Below, piece by piece: positions 1-11,077 of a stretch of DNA of 64,000 bases. The notes under the pieces were generated by a model, which made no database searches, was not told the origin of the DNA, and was given only the letters and a program-made list of their open reading frames with translations. The DNA is from Cyanidioschyzon merolae (taxonomy: Eukaryota): NCBI GenBank assembly GCA_000091205.1, contig AP006498.2; one strand, given 5' to 3'. The position numbers and the translations under genes are program-made. Position 1 is the stretch's first letter. Each line of letters begins with the position of its first letter.

Positions 1-1230
1 GACTCGTTCTCGTCATTGGGAGTGTGTTAGTGTATTCGTTAGTGACCGGACAGGCACCGCGGCGATGGCAGCAAGCGCAAACCTGAATCGATGCCGTCAA
101 ACCGAGCTGCTGGCTCTGCAGGGCACCGCACGGAAGACCAACGACTCTGAGAAAGATGCTGGAGTGCTCCAATGCCGTCGCTTGCGGCTGGTTTCGAAAC
201 GAGCTTTCCACGCGGATCGAGGCGAGGTCTGCAGCGGGGCGGGATGCTCTTTTGCGGAAAGGATGTTACCGCAAGGGTTTTGAGGGCGTCGCTCCAGCCA
301 GGATGCCGGCGGCAAGGGATGGGCGACGAAGGCCACTCGACCATTTTGGGTCGGTTATGAAGTTATGGATGTTGGGGTGCGCCTCGGAGGTATCCCTTTC
401 CCGAGTGGACCTGGACGATTCTCACGTGAACGAGGCACGTTTTCCCTTGAGGGCTACTCCTGCGGCTGGAACGGAACTTGGATTCTGGATGAACCGTGGA
501 CTTTTTCAAGCGATATGAAACGCATCGTCCCGGCTTGCAGATGATCGAGCTGCATACTTCTCGCTTGCCACCGTGCGACTCTACCTGAGGCCGATTCGAG
601 CGAAAACAGCAGCACGCATACTCGACGCAGTGCGCTCTGCTTCGGTAGCTAGTCACTGGCTTCTTTTTATCTAACACGACCGGCTCATGCATAGGACTGA
701 AAGTGACTGGAGCTGGAACGAAAACCGTACGATGGAGTGGATCTCCTGAGCACGTGCCTCCGAGTCCGTTGTGCATTGCTTTGCGTGCTGGCAAACGCCA
801 CCAACAGTTGTCTTGCTGATCAGGCGCAAGAACCGTTGCGGTTGTCCGATTCATCAGCCGCCGGAGAGGTCAAAACTTTGTGGACAATCGCGAGCACTGG
901 CGTCGGGACACACTGGAACACGGCTTGCGCACAGCAGCTAGCTCGACACCGGCAAACAGAACGCGTGTTTGCGACTGCCTCCTTCGATGCGGACAAGTGT
1001 CGTGGTGGTGCGTGGAAGCACCCACTGAGGCAAGCATTCGGTTGAATCCGCTGTTGTGAAACGCGAGTTTCTCTTCTGGTACTCTTTAAAATCGTGGGTA
1101 CACCTCGATGATGCCCGAGGCCATTCTGGTCCAGCAGACGCCGTCCAGTTCAGGTAATCGCTTTTTCTTGCGGATAACGACCGAGCGCGACACCCCGCAC
1201 ACCTGCGATACAAGTGCTTAGCGCAGGCGT

Positions 1231-2325
1231 TTAGAGAGTGTAGCTCACTTGTGCTGAACACTGTGGCAAATTCCTTTCAAAGACAAACAGCGATCGCTTT
1301 GCGCAGGCCACCTGGTACCCGTGGCCTATTCCGCGGAAACGGGGAGCCAGCGTCACCACCCGGCGCTTCCGCGCCTCAAGTAGTTTCCTACCGATGGCAT
1401 TGTAGATTGTGAGTGTGATCGCTGCGAGCGGTGCGAGGTACATGACTCGCGGAACGGAGCCTTTCATGAGCGTTGCCGGACCCTCCTCTGCAATGATGCG
1501 GCGGAAAGTTGGCAGAATGCCGCGATACGTGCCGTCAGCGCCTTGGGTCATCAGACGGGTCTTCACGACATCTACGGGTGTGAGCATTAAGGCCGCAGTT
1601 GCACCTCCTATTGCGGCTAGGACGAGGTTTTCTTGTCGGTTCGGAGCGCGTTTCTGAATCCGTTCGAAAAGGCGCGACTCTTGGAGGAAAAATAGAAAGG
1701 AAAGCGCGTTCCAAGGAACATCACGAGAAACCGTTGCCCAGTAACCACGATATAGGCCACCGAATCCTTCTTTCTGGAGAATGGTGGGCAGCGCGACCCC
1801 GATGTGAGGATATAGATCCGCCTGGATGCGCTGTTTGAGCACTTCTTGCGGCACTCGAATAAAGGATGCTGCGAAAGCGCCGGCAGCTCCGGAGACCAAA
1901 TCCACCACAACCTGTCGCCAGGCATGATTGCGACCAGAAGACGTAACTTTTGTTGACGCTTGTTTGGTATGCGAAGCTGGCGGCAGTAGCAGCTCGGTGA
2001 GGCGTTGTTTGCACCACTCGTACGCAACGAACTGCACGCCGCCCGCTGGCACCGCGAGAACAACCTGCGGTATCACGCCTTTGATAAACACCCGCGGTGA
2101 CCAGTCTCGACGAACACCCCGGGCCTGAAGTCGGGTACGCACCACATCTATTGGGTGCAGCAGGGTCTGCGCAACACCACGAGCCGAGGACCCTGCCAGC
2201 AACTTCTCCGTAAACGTTAGCTGCGAAAGCGCATCAACGCCAGTGGTCGTAGCAGCTCCGGCGCTGACTGCAATGACAGTTCCAGTTGTCTTCGTAAAGG
2301 CGTTTTTATTCTCTTTTGAACTCAT
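1231..2325 (-). CDS. Mitochondrial carrier family protein, S-adenosylmethionine carrier (SAMC)-like
   Basis: 364-aa ORF that starts at a true ATG (cat at 2323-2325). It has three carrier repeats with the P-x-D/E-x-x-K/R signatures: 'HPIDVVRTRLQ', 'RVPQEVLKQRIQ' (SAMC-like 'RVPTEVVKQRMQ') and 'TPVDVVKTRLM'. After the first and third of these come the usual G/aromatic-rich half-repeats ending in 'YE' ('VQFVAYEW') and 'YN' ('LTIYNAI'); the second is followed by 'GLYRGYWATVSRDVPWNALSFLFFLQ'. Confidence 0.75.
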   Translation of the reverse strand: MSSKENKNAFTKTTGTVIAVSAGAATTTGVDALSQLTFTEKLLAGSSARGVAQTLLHPIDVVRTRLQARGVRRDWSPRVFIKGVIPQVVLAVPAGGVQFVAYEWCKQRLTELLLPPASHTKQASTKVTSSGRNHAWRQVVVDLVSGAAGAFAASFIRVPQEVLKQRIQADLYPHIGVALPTILQKEGFGGLYRGYWATVSRDVPWNALSFLFFLQESRLFERIQKRAPNRQENLVLAAIGGATAALMLTPVDVVKTRLMTQGADGTYRGILPTFRRIIAEEGPATLMKGSVPRVMYLAPLAAITLTIYNAIGRKLLEARKRRVVTLAPRFRGIGHGYQVACAKRSLFVFERNLPQCSAQVSYTL

Positions 2326-2645
2326 GGACGTTGTGCGGTCGAGAGTGAGTTCTGGTGTTGCGTGCCGGAGCGAGGCACTGAATTGAACCTATATCGTTTC
2401 GTCCGGTTAGACGCTGAAGAGTACCCTACAGAGCCTCAGTTCAAGTGAATATCCGGTAATACCTAGTTAAAGAAGGCTCAATCGGTTCCAGTAGACACCT
2501 GTTCGAGAAGAGGGATACAATCCGAGCCAAAACTTACGTTCGTACACGTGTACCACAAGAGACTGTAAAACCGCCTTCGAGCCGATGCTCGTAGCGAGCG
2601 CCGCAGGCCACGGCAACCGTTCTGCGGATCGCAGCTGCTCGCGGC

Positions 2646-3736
2646 GATCACCGGCAGCTCCGGATGGAGAATTTCTGATGAAAAGAAACGAAAAGTCGAT
2701 TATGTAGAATACAGAGGCTCCAAACCAGGGATTCCTCCCTCGTACAATCGTTTTGTTGGTTGAATAGAGCTCGGCAGCTCCGGATGGAGAATTTCTGATG
2801 AAAAGAAACGAAAAGTCGATTACGTAGAATACAGAGGCTCCAAACCAGGGATTCCTCGTCATGCAAATCGTTTTGTCGGTAGAATAGAGCTCGGCAGCTC
2901 CGAATGGAGAATTCCTGATGAAAAGAAACGAAAAGTCGATTACGTAGAATACAGAGGCTCCAAACCAGGGATTCCTCCTTCGTACAATCGTTTTGTTGGT
3001 TGAAAAGAGCTCGGCAGCTCCGGATGGAGAATTCCTGATGAAAAGAAACGAAAAGTCGATTATGTAGAATACAGAGGCTCCAGACCAGGGATTCCTCCTT
3101 CGTACAACCGTTTTGTTGGTTGAAAAGAGCTCGGCAGCTCCGGATGGAGAATTCCTGATGAAAAGAAACGAAAAGTCGATTACGTAGAATACAGAGGCTC
3201 CAAACCAGGGATTCCTCCTTCGTACAATCGTTTTGTTGGTTGAAAAGAGCTCGGCAGCTCCGGATGGAGAATTCCTGATGAAAAGAAACGAAAAGTCGAT
3301 TATGTAGAATACAGAGGCTCCAGACCAGGGATTCCTCCTTCGTACAATCGTTTTGTTGGTTGAAAAGAGCTCGGCAGCTCCGGATGGAGAATTCCTGATG
3401 AAAAGAAACGAAAAGTCGATTACGTAGAATACAGAGGCTCCAAACCAGGGATTCCTCCTTCGTACAACCGTTTTGTTGGTTGAAAAGAGCTCGGCAGCTC
3501 CGGATGGAGAATTCCTGATGAAAAGAAACGAAAAGTCGATTACGTAGAATACAGAGGCTCCAGACCAGGGATTCCTCCTTCGTACAATCGTTTTGTTGGT
3601 TGAAAAGAGCTCGGCAGCTCCGGATGGAGAATTCCTGATGAAAAGAAACGAAAAGTCGATTACGTAGAATACAGAGGCTCCAGACCAGGGATTCCTCCTT
3701 CGTACAACCGTTTTGTTGGTTGAATAGAGCTCGGCT
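2646..3736. repeat. Tandem satellite, 120-bp unit x 9 full copies plus a partial one
   Basis: The unit 'cggcagctccggatggagaatt(t/c)ctgatgaaaagaaacgaaaagtcgatta(t/c)gtagaatacagaggctcca(a/g)accagggattcctcc...caa(t/c)cgttttgttggttgaa(a/t)agagct' starts at 2652, 2772, 2892 and so on up to 3612. Copies are about 93-98% identical and the few variable positions recur in a mixed pattern. Confidence 0.95.
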
Positions 3737-5408
3737 GGTAGTGGCCGAGGCTTGCGGGCGCCCTCACAATGCCAGCTTGGATTGACAATTCGCTGAGCTT
3801 GCCGCCGGTATCTTCAGTGCGCCCACCACTCGTGCATAAAGACGCGCCGGTACGCGGCTCTTTCACAGAGCGTTTGCTTGAGCCGACAACCGACAAGGTT
3901 CCGCATAGCCGCTCCGTCTCTGTGAGACAAACGCCGCAGCGGCGTCGCATAGAATGTTGCAGCGGGCGTTCAGGAAAGGCTCTGCACCCGGAAGATCCGC
4001 GATATGGTATTGACCTGACCATTAGTCTGGAGGCAAGTCTGATCTGTGCTTCGTGTAGCGTACATGGATGGAAGGCGGATTGCTGATCCATTTATCGGTT
4101 ACTAAAAGGCATCGAATATCCAGCCGGATTCTGGTGAGATGCATCGTCCTGGAACCTCCGCAGTGTTGAAGGTTTCGATGCGGCGAGCTCCACTGCTCGA
4201 ATGGAAATCGATTACGGGATCTCTTTGTCTAGACATGTCTCATACACGTTGACGTACATATGCAGTCTATATGCTCTAAAGTTCTCCCATTTTGTTGCGT
4301 GCTTTCGCGATCGACACGTCGGTACTCGTTGGCGCCATTTAAGGCACTAGTCGCACCGGAAGCGCGCATGTCGGCACGAGGGATCCCTGCGGTGGCACGG
4401 CACGAAAACGCCATCACTAGCACTCTGCAGCGTCCCACGTGAAGGCATCTGCATCGAGACGAAAAAAGCGAAAGTTTATTCAAAGGCGAGCGACTGAATC
4501 ATGACTAGAGCAGCTGGATGACAACTCTGTGGTGACAGATCTTCTGGAAGCGACCGTGTCACCGAGAGCCCATTCAAGGCATCCAAAGACAGGTGCAGGT
4601 GATATGCTGTCCAATGACTTGGCCGGCTTCGCGAGGACTCGTGCTCAAGGTTGCATTGCCCGCGCCGCGTTGCCGAGAAACGCTCACAGTCCACAGGATA
4701 CCGAGCGTAAAGCAGGACTTGAAACGGCGATTGTTCGCGACAGAAGATCACAGCCTTGGGTATCAAAAAGACCAATATCGCCGAACGGTATTGCAGAGGA
4801 TGTTCACGTGCGTCTGTTCGCCAGACGATGCCGTGGATGTTTGTGCGCAGCGACCCGCGCAAAATGACAGAAGCGTCAGGGAGCATCCACATTGGTGTCA
4901 GATTGAAATGGAATACCGACCTGCTCGCTCAGTTCGTGGCTTGCGCATCTCTTCTGAAATATTTGCCGATGTACAGCCTCGATACTACAAGTGCAGATAT
5001 ATGGGCTTGCCGAATCATGCGTAGATTTCGGTTTCGTGGTCGTCTAGTCGCAGGAGCTCCCATGCTGCTCTGTCGCTGGAATTCGTGACGTCTCCGATAC
5101 CAAGATCATCATTCGCGACGCCCTCGAGCAGTGCCGCTTAAAGGAACCGATAGCATCATCCACTTCATACCTGCAAGCCTCCACTCGTCTCCTTTTCGTA
5201 TATGTAGCACGCTAAAAATCGAGCATTCTTCAAGTTTTCGATGGATCCGTTCCAAGACACCACTCGTGGACGCAGCGAATCGCGCTTCATGCGGGACGTG
5301 CGGCTCACGCGGACTCTATGCTGCACACTTGGTCTTCATGCTGCGTCGTTTGTGCTTTTATGCACCAGCTCAACAAGGCTCTAAATAGAGACCTGCATTC
5401 TCTGCGGG

Positions 5409-7757
5409 ATGATCTTCAATGTAGAGAATGTCAAGGTTTACTTTCCCTACGACTACGTCTATCCTGAGCAGTACGCGTATATGCGCGAGTTGAAGCGTGC
5501 GCTCGACTCGAATGGGCACTGCATTCTTGAAATGCCGACCGGCACGGGAAAGACGGTGACCCTTTTATCGTTCATCACCTCGTACCAGCTTGCCCACAGA
5601 GAGGTTAGGAAGCTGATCTACTGCACGCGCACTGTTGGAGAACTGGAGAAAGTCCTATCTGAGCTGGAGGTCGTAATCAGGTACCGCGACGCGCAACTTG
5701 AAAAGGCAGGGAAACGCGACCAGGCTGCCGCGGTCTTGGCGGTAGGCCTCACAACTCGACGGAACCTGTGTTTGCAGTCGGCAGTCTCCAAGGCCGAGAG
5801 TCGCGAAGAGGCCGACTCGCTCTGCCGATCACTCACCGCGAGTTGGGTTCGGGAATCTCACTCGGCCGCAATCGCTCGTTTTGAGAAGAACCCCGACCTT
5901 GAAGACCTACCCACCACGCTATGCCAGTTCTACGAGGGCTATCGACGGGAAGGCAACGATGCGATCCTACCTTCGGGGATCTACACGCTCGAGAAGGTAC
6001 TCCAGATCGGTCGAGAGCGGGGCTGGTGCCCCTACTACACGGTTCGACATACCATGAATTTCGCCAATGTGATTGTGTACAATTATCAGTACCTGCTGGA
6101 TCCGAAGATTGCAGGCCTCATTTCGCGAGAACTCTCCCGTGAGTGTATCGTTGTTTTCGACGAGGCACACAATATCGATAATGTCTGCATCGATGCGCTG
6201 AGCGTGAGTCTTCGACTGGACGACCTGCGACGTGCTCAAGCAAACGTTGTAAGCTTGCGCAATCGGATCCAAGAAATTCGAACACATGACGAAAGGCGTC
6301 TCCTTGAGGAATACCGTCGCATCCTACAAGGCATTCGACGGCCCGCGGACGTGGACGCCTTCACAATCGAAGCCTCGCCCGTCATTCCAGAAGATGTTTT
6401 GCAGGAGACCATCCCGGGCAATATCCGACGAGGTGAACACTTTCTCTTGTTTCTGCTTCGATTGATCGATTTCTTCCGACAACGAATGCGATCGACGCAA
6501 GTGACCCAGGATACACCTCGGAATTTCCTCCATGCTCTGATGCCGTCAGTTCAGATCCCTGACTCGAAACCGTTGCGGTTTTGTTCGGATCGGCTTGCGT
6601 CACTGCTGCAAACGCTGGAAATCAGCAATGTTCGCGATTTTGTGTCGCTCCAAAAGCTTGCACACTTTGCAACGCTGCTTGGAACCTATTCGCAGGGCTT
6701 TTCCGTGATCATGGAACCGTACGATGAGCGCGCCCCGAACGTGCCGGATCCTGTCTTGCAATTGAGTTGTCTGGATGCCTCTATCGGGATGCGACCAATT
6801 TTCACCCGTTTCCAGTCGGTGATTCTGACCTCGGGAACGATCTCACCCCTGGATCTCTATGCGCGTATCCTGGGCTTCCGACCTGCGGTCGCACACTCGC
6901 TGAACATATCGCTGCACCGGGCGTCCATTTGTCCGATGGTGATCGCCCGCGGCTCCGACCAGATCGCGATCAGCAGCAAATACGATAGCCGCAGAGATCC
7001 GAGCGTCATTCGCAACTATGGTGCGCTACTGGTCGAGCTGGCCAGCGTCGTACCAGATGGCGTCGTTGGATTTTTCACGAGTTACATTTATCTGGAAAGC
7101 GTCGTGCAGATGTGGCACCAGATGGGAATTATTCAAAAGTTGCTAGAGCACAAGCTCGTCTTCATCGAGACGCCGGACATTTTTGAGAGTTCGGTTGCGC
7201 TGGAGAACTACCGACGAGCTTGTGATAGCGGCCGAGGAGCGATCTTTCTCTGCGTTGCTCGGGGAAAAGTTGCTGAAGGAATCGATTTTGACCGACACTA
7301 TGGGCGCTGCGTCGTCATAATCGGCGTGCCGTTCCAGTACACAGAAAGTCGTGTCCTGCGCGCTCGGCTGGAGTTTCTTCGCGAGCACCTGCAGATACGC
7401 GAGGGTGACTTTTTAACGTTTGACGCGATGCGACAGGCTGCGCAATGCATGGGACGGGTTATCCGTTCTAAAGTGGATTACGGACTCATGATTCTGGCAG
7501 ATCGTCGCTATAATCGGGCGCAGAATCGGAGCAAACTGCCGCTATGGATTCAGAGCCATCTCGATGAGGGCAAAGTGGACCTCAGCACCGACATGGCGTT
7601 GGGTATCATTCAAGAGTTTCTGATCCGAATGGCGCAGCCGCTGGATCGGAAGGAAATGATCGGGACAACGCTGCTTCGTGAGATCGATCTGCAGGCGCCT
7701 GGGGACACCAGTTTTTCGGAGACCGCATCGCCAATAGCGCTCATGGGATCCGCTTGA
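5409..7757 (+). CDS. XPD: TFIIH/NER DNA helicase XPD (ERCC2/RAD3)
   Basis: 782-aa ORF starting at an ATG. Walker A 'EMPTGTGKTVTLLS', DEAH box 'VVFDEAHNIDN', and four Fe-S cluster cysteines in the expected spacing ('NLCLQS', 'SLCRSL', 'TLCQFY', 'GWCPYY'). The N-terminus 'VYFPYDYVYPEQYAYM' and the C-terminal helicase domain 2 'GRCVVIIGVPF' match XPD along the whole length. Confidence 0.9.
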   Translation: MIFNVENVKVYFPYDYVYPEQYAYMRELKRALDSNGHCILEMPTGTGKTVTLLSFITSYQLAHREVRKLIYCTRTVGELEKVLSELEVVIRYRDAQLEKAGKRDQAAAVLAVGLTTRRNLCLQSAVSKAESREEADSLCRSLTASWVRESHSAAIARFEKNPDLEDLPTTLCQFYEGYRREGNDAILPSGIYTLEKVLQIGRERGWCPYYTVRHTMNFANVIVYNYQYLLDPKIAGLISRELSRECIVVFDEAHNIDNVCIDALSVSLRLDDLRRAQANVVSLRNRIQEIRTHDERRLLEEYRRILQGIRRPADVDAFTIEASPVIPEDVLQETIPGNIRRGEHFLLFLLRLIDFFRQRMRSTQVTQDTPRNFLHALMPSVQIPDSKPLRFCSDRLASLLQTLEISNVRDFVSLQKLAHFATLLGTYSQGFSVIMEPYDERAPNVPDPVLQLSCLDASIGMRPIFTRFQSVILTSGTISPLDLYARILGFRPAVAHSLNISLHRASICPMVIARGSDQIAISSKYDSRRDPSVIRNYGALLVELASVVPDGVVGFFTSYIYLESVVQMWHQMGIIQKLLEHKLVFIETPDIFESSVALENYRRACDSGRGAIFLCVARGKVAEGIDFDRHYGRCVVIIGVPFQYTESRVLRARLEFLREHLQIREGDFLTFDAMRQAAQCMGRVIRSKVDYGLMILADRRYNRAQNRSKLPLWIQSHLDEGKVDLSTDMALGIIQEFLIRMAQPLDRKEMIGTTLLREIDLQAPGDTSFSETASPIALMGSA

Positions 7758-8964
7758 TACGAGGCTGTGTACACGCGACGACTGCGGCGACCTCGCTGCG
7801 AAAAGGGCGTCACTGGGGTGCTCGTGTATATCGCTCCTGCCAGTCAACCGAGTGCAATCGTTTGGAGCGATTTGCTCGTAAGCCTAAGCGGCAGAGTCGC
7901 CAGCACTTACCGGGCATGCGGTATGAGATGGGTCAGCACCCTGGCTACGGCAGTTGATCCTAGCACATGTTCACTGCTTCCACCACCTGGGAACTAGCTT
8001 CAGACACGGTGTAGAGCGGTGGCTCCGGCACCGAAGTCTACAGTGGTCACAGTGTCTGCAGGCGTCGTGGGTTAAACTCGGAGCCGTGCGTTCCGCAGAA
8101 CGCCTGCAACATCATGCACTTTTTGCATGTACTTGTGTGTTTCTCGCAGTTACTCCATAAAAGGAATCTATCCTTTAGATTGGAGAGAGGTCGCTGAAAG
8201 ACTGTAGGATGTCGCTGCCCGCATGCGAACAAGCGGCCTGGCATTTAAATGTGCGTCATTCTACGGTCAGCAGGTGGATGAAGTACGCTTCATGTAGTCA
8301 TGAGCGAGAATGTCGTGCACCCAAAATGGATCCTATGAAACTCTACGTAAAAGAATGTGTCCTGCATGTGCGTGGCAGGCAGCAGCAAGGCGCGCATGCG
8401 CTCAAGTTCGGGCTGCCCACGGAGGAGGTAATGTAAAGGTACTTGAGGAATCGAAGATGCGTACGTAGGGCAGGCGAGGCTCAGTCCCAACGTTTTCCCA
8501 GAGCGTCTGAATCCCATAAAACGGATATCCAGTATCTCAACAACATCTGTGTCACTTTGGCGGGTGAAGAAGAAAGCTAGCAAGATGGAGAAGGAGAAGG
8601 AATTTTCAGAAAAGTGAACAACGAGGGACAGGAAGGAAGATTTGTTTGAGCGGGAAGAACAGCCTGGAACCGGTGTCAAGAACCCTCTACTGAATCAAAG
8701 ATATTGGGAGCATCCTCCGAAACGTGAGGTGCATGGCATCATTGCGAGCCGTTGAGCTGCTCACTCGAGGAAGGCTCGTCCGGCTTCCCGCGCCTCGGCA
8801 CACCTCGTCAACCAACTGTTCGCATGCGTTGCGGACGTAGGGCTGCCAGCTTTACACATTTCTCCGGAATTTTCTCATCAAGTTTTCGTGCGTCAAGTGA
8901 CGCTCGGGACAGAAGATGCAAAACGACCTGATTCTCCAGAGGTCGGTATCATCGAGTTCCGAGC

Positions 8965-9657
8965 ATGATGAACGCCACGAGGCACACCAACAAGTGGGAT
9001 GATGGCGTCAGGACTCATCTCGATGCACTGAAAACCGAATCGAGGAGAGCCGTACGCTCTGTACGCTTCATTCAGAGCGTAAATGAGCGACCAAATGCCG
9101 CATGCGTACGATGCTTGGCAGGAGTTCATGAGATCGTGCTGGGTGGCGATCGGTTGCGGTTGCTCGATGGCAAGGAACATGCATTCGTTGTCTTATTCAA
9201 TAAGCTGGAAAAGGAAGTCCCCGAAAATTTGCGTCGTTCAGTGACAGACTATAGCTCTGGACGTGCGGTGACGCTCAGGGGCTGCACTCTTGCTCCTTTG
9301 ACCAGAGTGTACCAAGAGTGGAGGAATCGATTCCGCAAGATTTCCATCGATGCGTTCAGGACGCCATACACGCACCACGAGCACTTGTGCATGCTGGAAG
9401 AGGAAGAGAAGAAGCGAACAGTGAAACAGAGCTGGATGCACGAGATTGCGAAGGGCACGCTGATCGAGCATCAGATGGCGATGCAGTTGAAGATGAGAGG
9501 CTTGCTATGGTGTGATTCGACCAGAGACCATGCGCACAAGCGCCTTCTCCCGCGATACTTGAACGCCTCGATCAGTATTCGGAAATGTCTCGTACTTTTG
9601 GAGCTTTCGGCGGATTGGTTTCGAGCGATTTTTTCGAGAAAACTGTTTCGTACTTAA
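8965..9657 (+). pseudogene. Degenerate fragment of a TnpB/Fanzor-like nuclease (zinc-finger to RuvC-III region)
   Basis: The translation '...YQEWRNRFRKISIDAFRTPYTHHEHLCMLEEEEKK...MRGLLWCDSTRDHAHKRLLPRYLNASISIRK' is collinear with the C-terminus of the 39-41 kb copy ('IPIDEFRTSYTHHELGCTLQRVEMEK...VRGLLALVRTTNGKKRIEFVNRDFNAAINVR'). The RuvC-III Asp is lost. The segment is AT-richer than its flanks. Confidence 0.45.
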
Positions 9658-9875
9658 TGTTCGTATTCTGCTGAAACACTGGCATCTTCCACTGCAAAAA
9701 CATCAGTATCTAGAAAAAAGGTGCCGGATTCTTGCTTGCAGCAAGGTAATCGCATACCACGAGTCAACGGTCCCGCAAAGCTGGAGCGCCATATTTATCT
9801 ATACATCGGGAACGATCTCCCTGAGCAACGATTACATCATGATGGTATCCCATGATTCGATACCACTGGGTATAC

Positions 9876-10838
9876 TCAGAGGAGACACGGGACCAGCGCT
9901 GGACGTTTCTGAACAAATTCCACGAGCGGATAACGTCGCCTGAGGCATTCCTTGCTGAGCACCGCTGTATGGCCCAGATTGGTGGCCACGAAAAGCATCA
10001 CCATGCCAGGCAGGGCGGCGCATAGCCCCACGCACCCCGAAACGACCAGATAGCCGATCAGAATGCCATAGATCAGTATTTCAGCGAGATAATGGGGGCA
10101 CGTACTCCAGCGAAATAACCCCCGCGTCACAATCGCGTACTTCGGAGAACACGACACAGCGTCGTGTACAGCGTAGTGAGAGCGTGGGCGCTTGTGCGCC
10201 TTGCGAACTCGAGCAAGCTCGTAGTGTGCCCAGAATTGCGCAAAGTTGGCGGCACTGAAACAGATGAGAAGCAACGTGAGCGGTATTGTGCTTTGCTTCC
10301 GCATGTGCAGCGCCGGCAGCAGATCTAGATCACTCAGGCACTGGCCATGATGATGACAGCAGCTCCGACCCCACACCCAGAGTATCGGCAGAGATACGTA
10401 AAAAGATAGCCCGGCGGCAGTAAGGACGAGCGGAAGTTTTTGTTCGGTGAAGCTATGGATAAAATAGCTCTCACCGAGACGTCGCAGGGTGTGCACTTGG
10501 AACAGGGTCGCTACCCAACCATACGCAGTTGCGCAGCTACAGCTGACCTGTTCTCTTCGCGCACTATATCGACAGAGGTTCGCAAGTCGTGTGTGGTAGA
10601 GCAAAGCGCCGTTCCAGATGAAGGCTACCAAGTAAAATGCGCGGAAAGTCTGCGCACGAGAAAGCGTGCCCCAACGCCTTTGCGTTTTCCGTTGGTCCAG
10701 GGTATCGTCTTCGCTGTGCCGTAGGCCGCCATACCGGGTCCACGCGTCAAGTCGCGTACTCCAGATTTTGCCAACTGTCAGCGACAGCGCACACGCCCAA
10801 TACACAAGAAGACTGACACCTACAGCGCTGCAGATCAT
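9876..10838 (-). CDS. Polyprenol reductase / 3-oxo-5-alpha-steroid 4-dehydrogenase family membrane protein
   Basis: Multi-pass membrane ORF. The C-terminal motif 'VTRGLFRWSTCPHYLAEILIYGILIGYL' matches the steroid-5-alpha-reductase/SRD5A3-DFG10 family ('...SPNYLAELMIY...'). The track ORF begins at TTG (10844); the first in-frame ATG is at 10838. Confidence 0.6.
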   Translation of the reverse strand: MICSAVGVSLLVYWACALSLTVGKIWSTRLDAWTRYGGLRHSEDDTLDQRKTQRRWGTLSRAQTFRAFYLVAFIWNGALLYHTRLANLCRYSARREQVSCSCATAYGWVATLFQVHTLRRLGESYFIHSFTEQKLPLVLTAAGLSFYVSLPILWVWGRSCCHHHGQCLSDLDLLPALHMRKQSTIPLTLLLICFSAANFAQFWAHYELARVRKAHKRPRSHYAVHDAVSCSPKYAIVTRGLFRWSTCPHYLAEILIYGILIGYLVVSGCVGLCAALPGMVMLFVATNLGHTAVLSKECLRRRYPLVEFVQKRPALVPCLL

Positions 10839-11077
10839 ACGCAATCCGCGTCACTGGTTACTTCGACGTTCCAGCGTCTCAGTGTCCGTCTACTTGCCTA
10901 CCTACCTGCCTAGCTCCCAGTGAGCTCTCCTTCCAATACCTCATCATCGCCCGGAGAAGCGACTTGCAGTCATTGCGGCGGCCGCGTCGGCACCCCAGAT
11001 CGCGCAGTGTAGCGTAGGCCATCGGTTGCGCTCGAGCTATTGCCGCGGACTTGACACGGGCTCACGTTCGTTTATGG

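Noticed and set aside
363-854. 163-aa minus-strand ORF and overlapping small ORFs in the first 1.2 kb
   Set aside because: Mutually overlapping frames on both strands with no family signal. This is typical background for GC-rich DNA.
2467-2866. 131-aa and 72-aa minus-strand ORFs with internally repeated peptide sequence
   Set aside because: They lie entirely within the 120-bp satellite. The repeated peptide is just the translated tandem DNA repeat.
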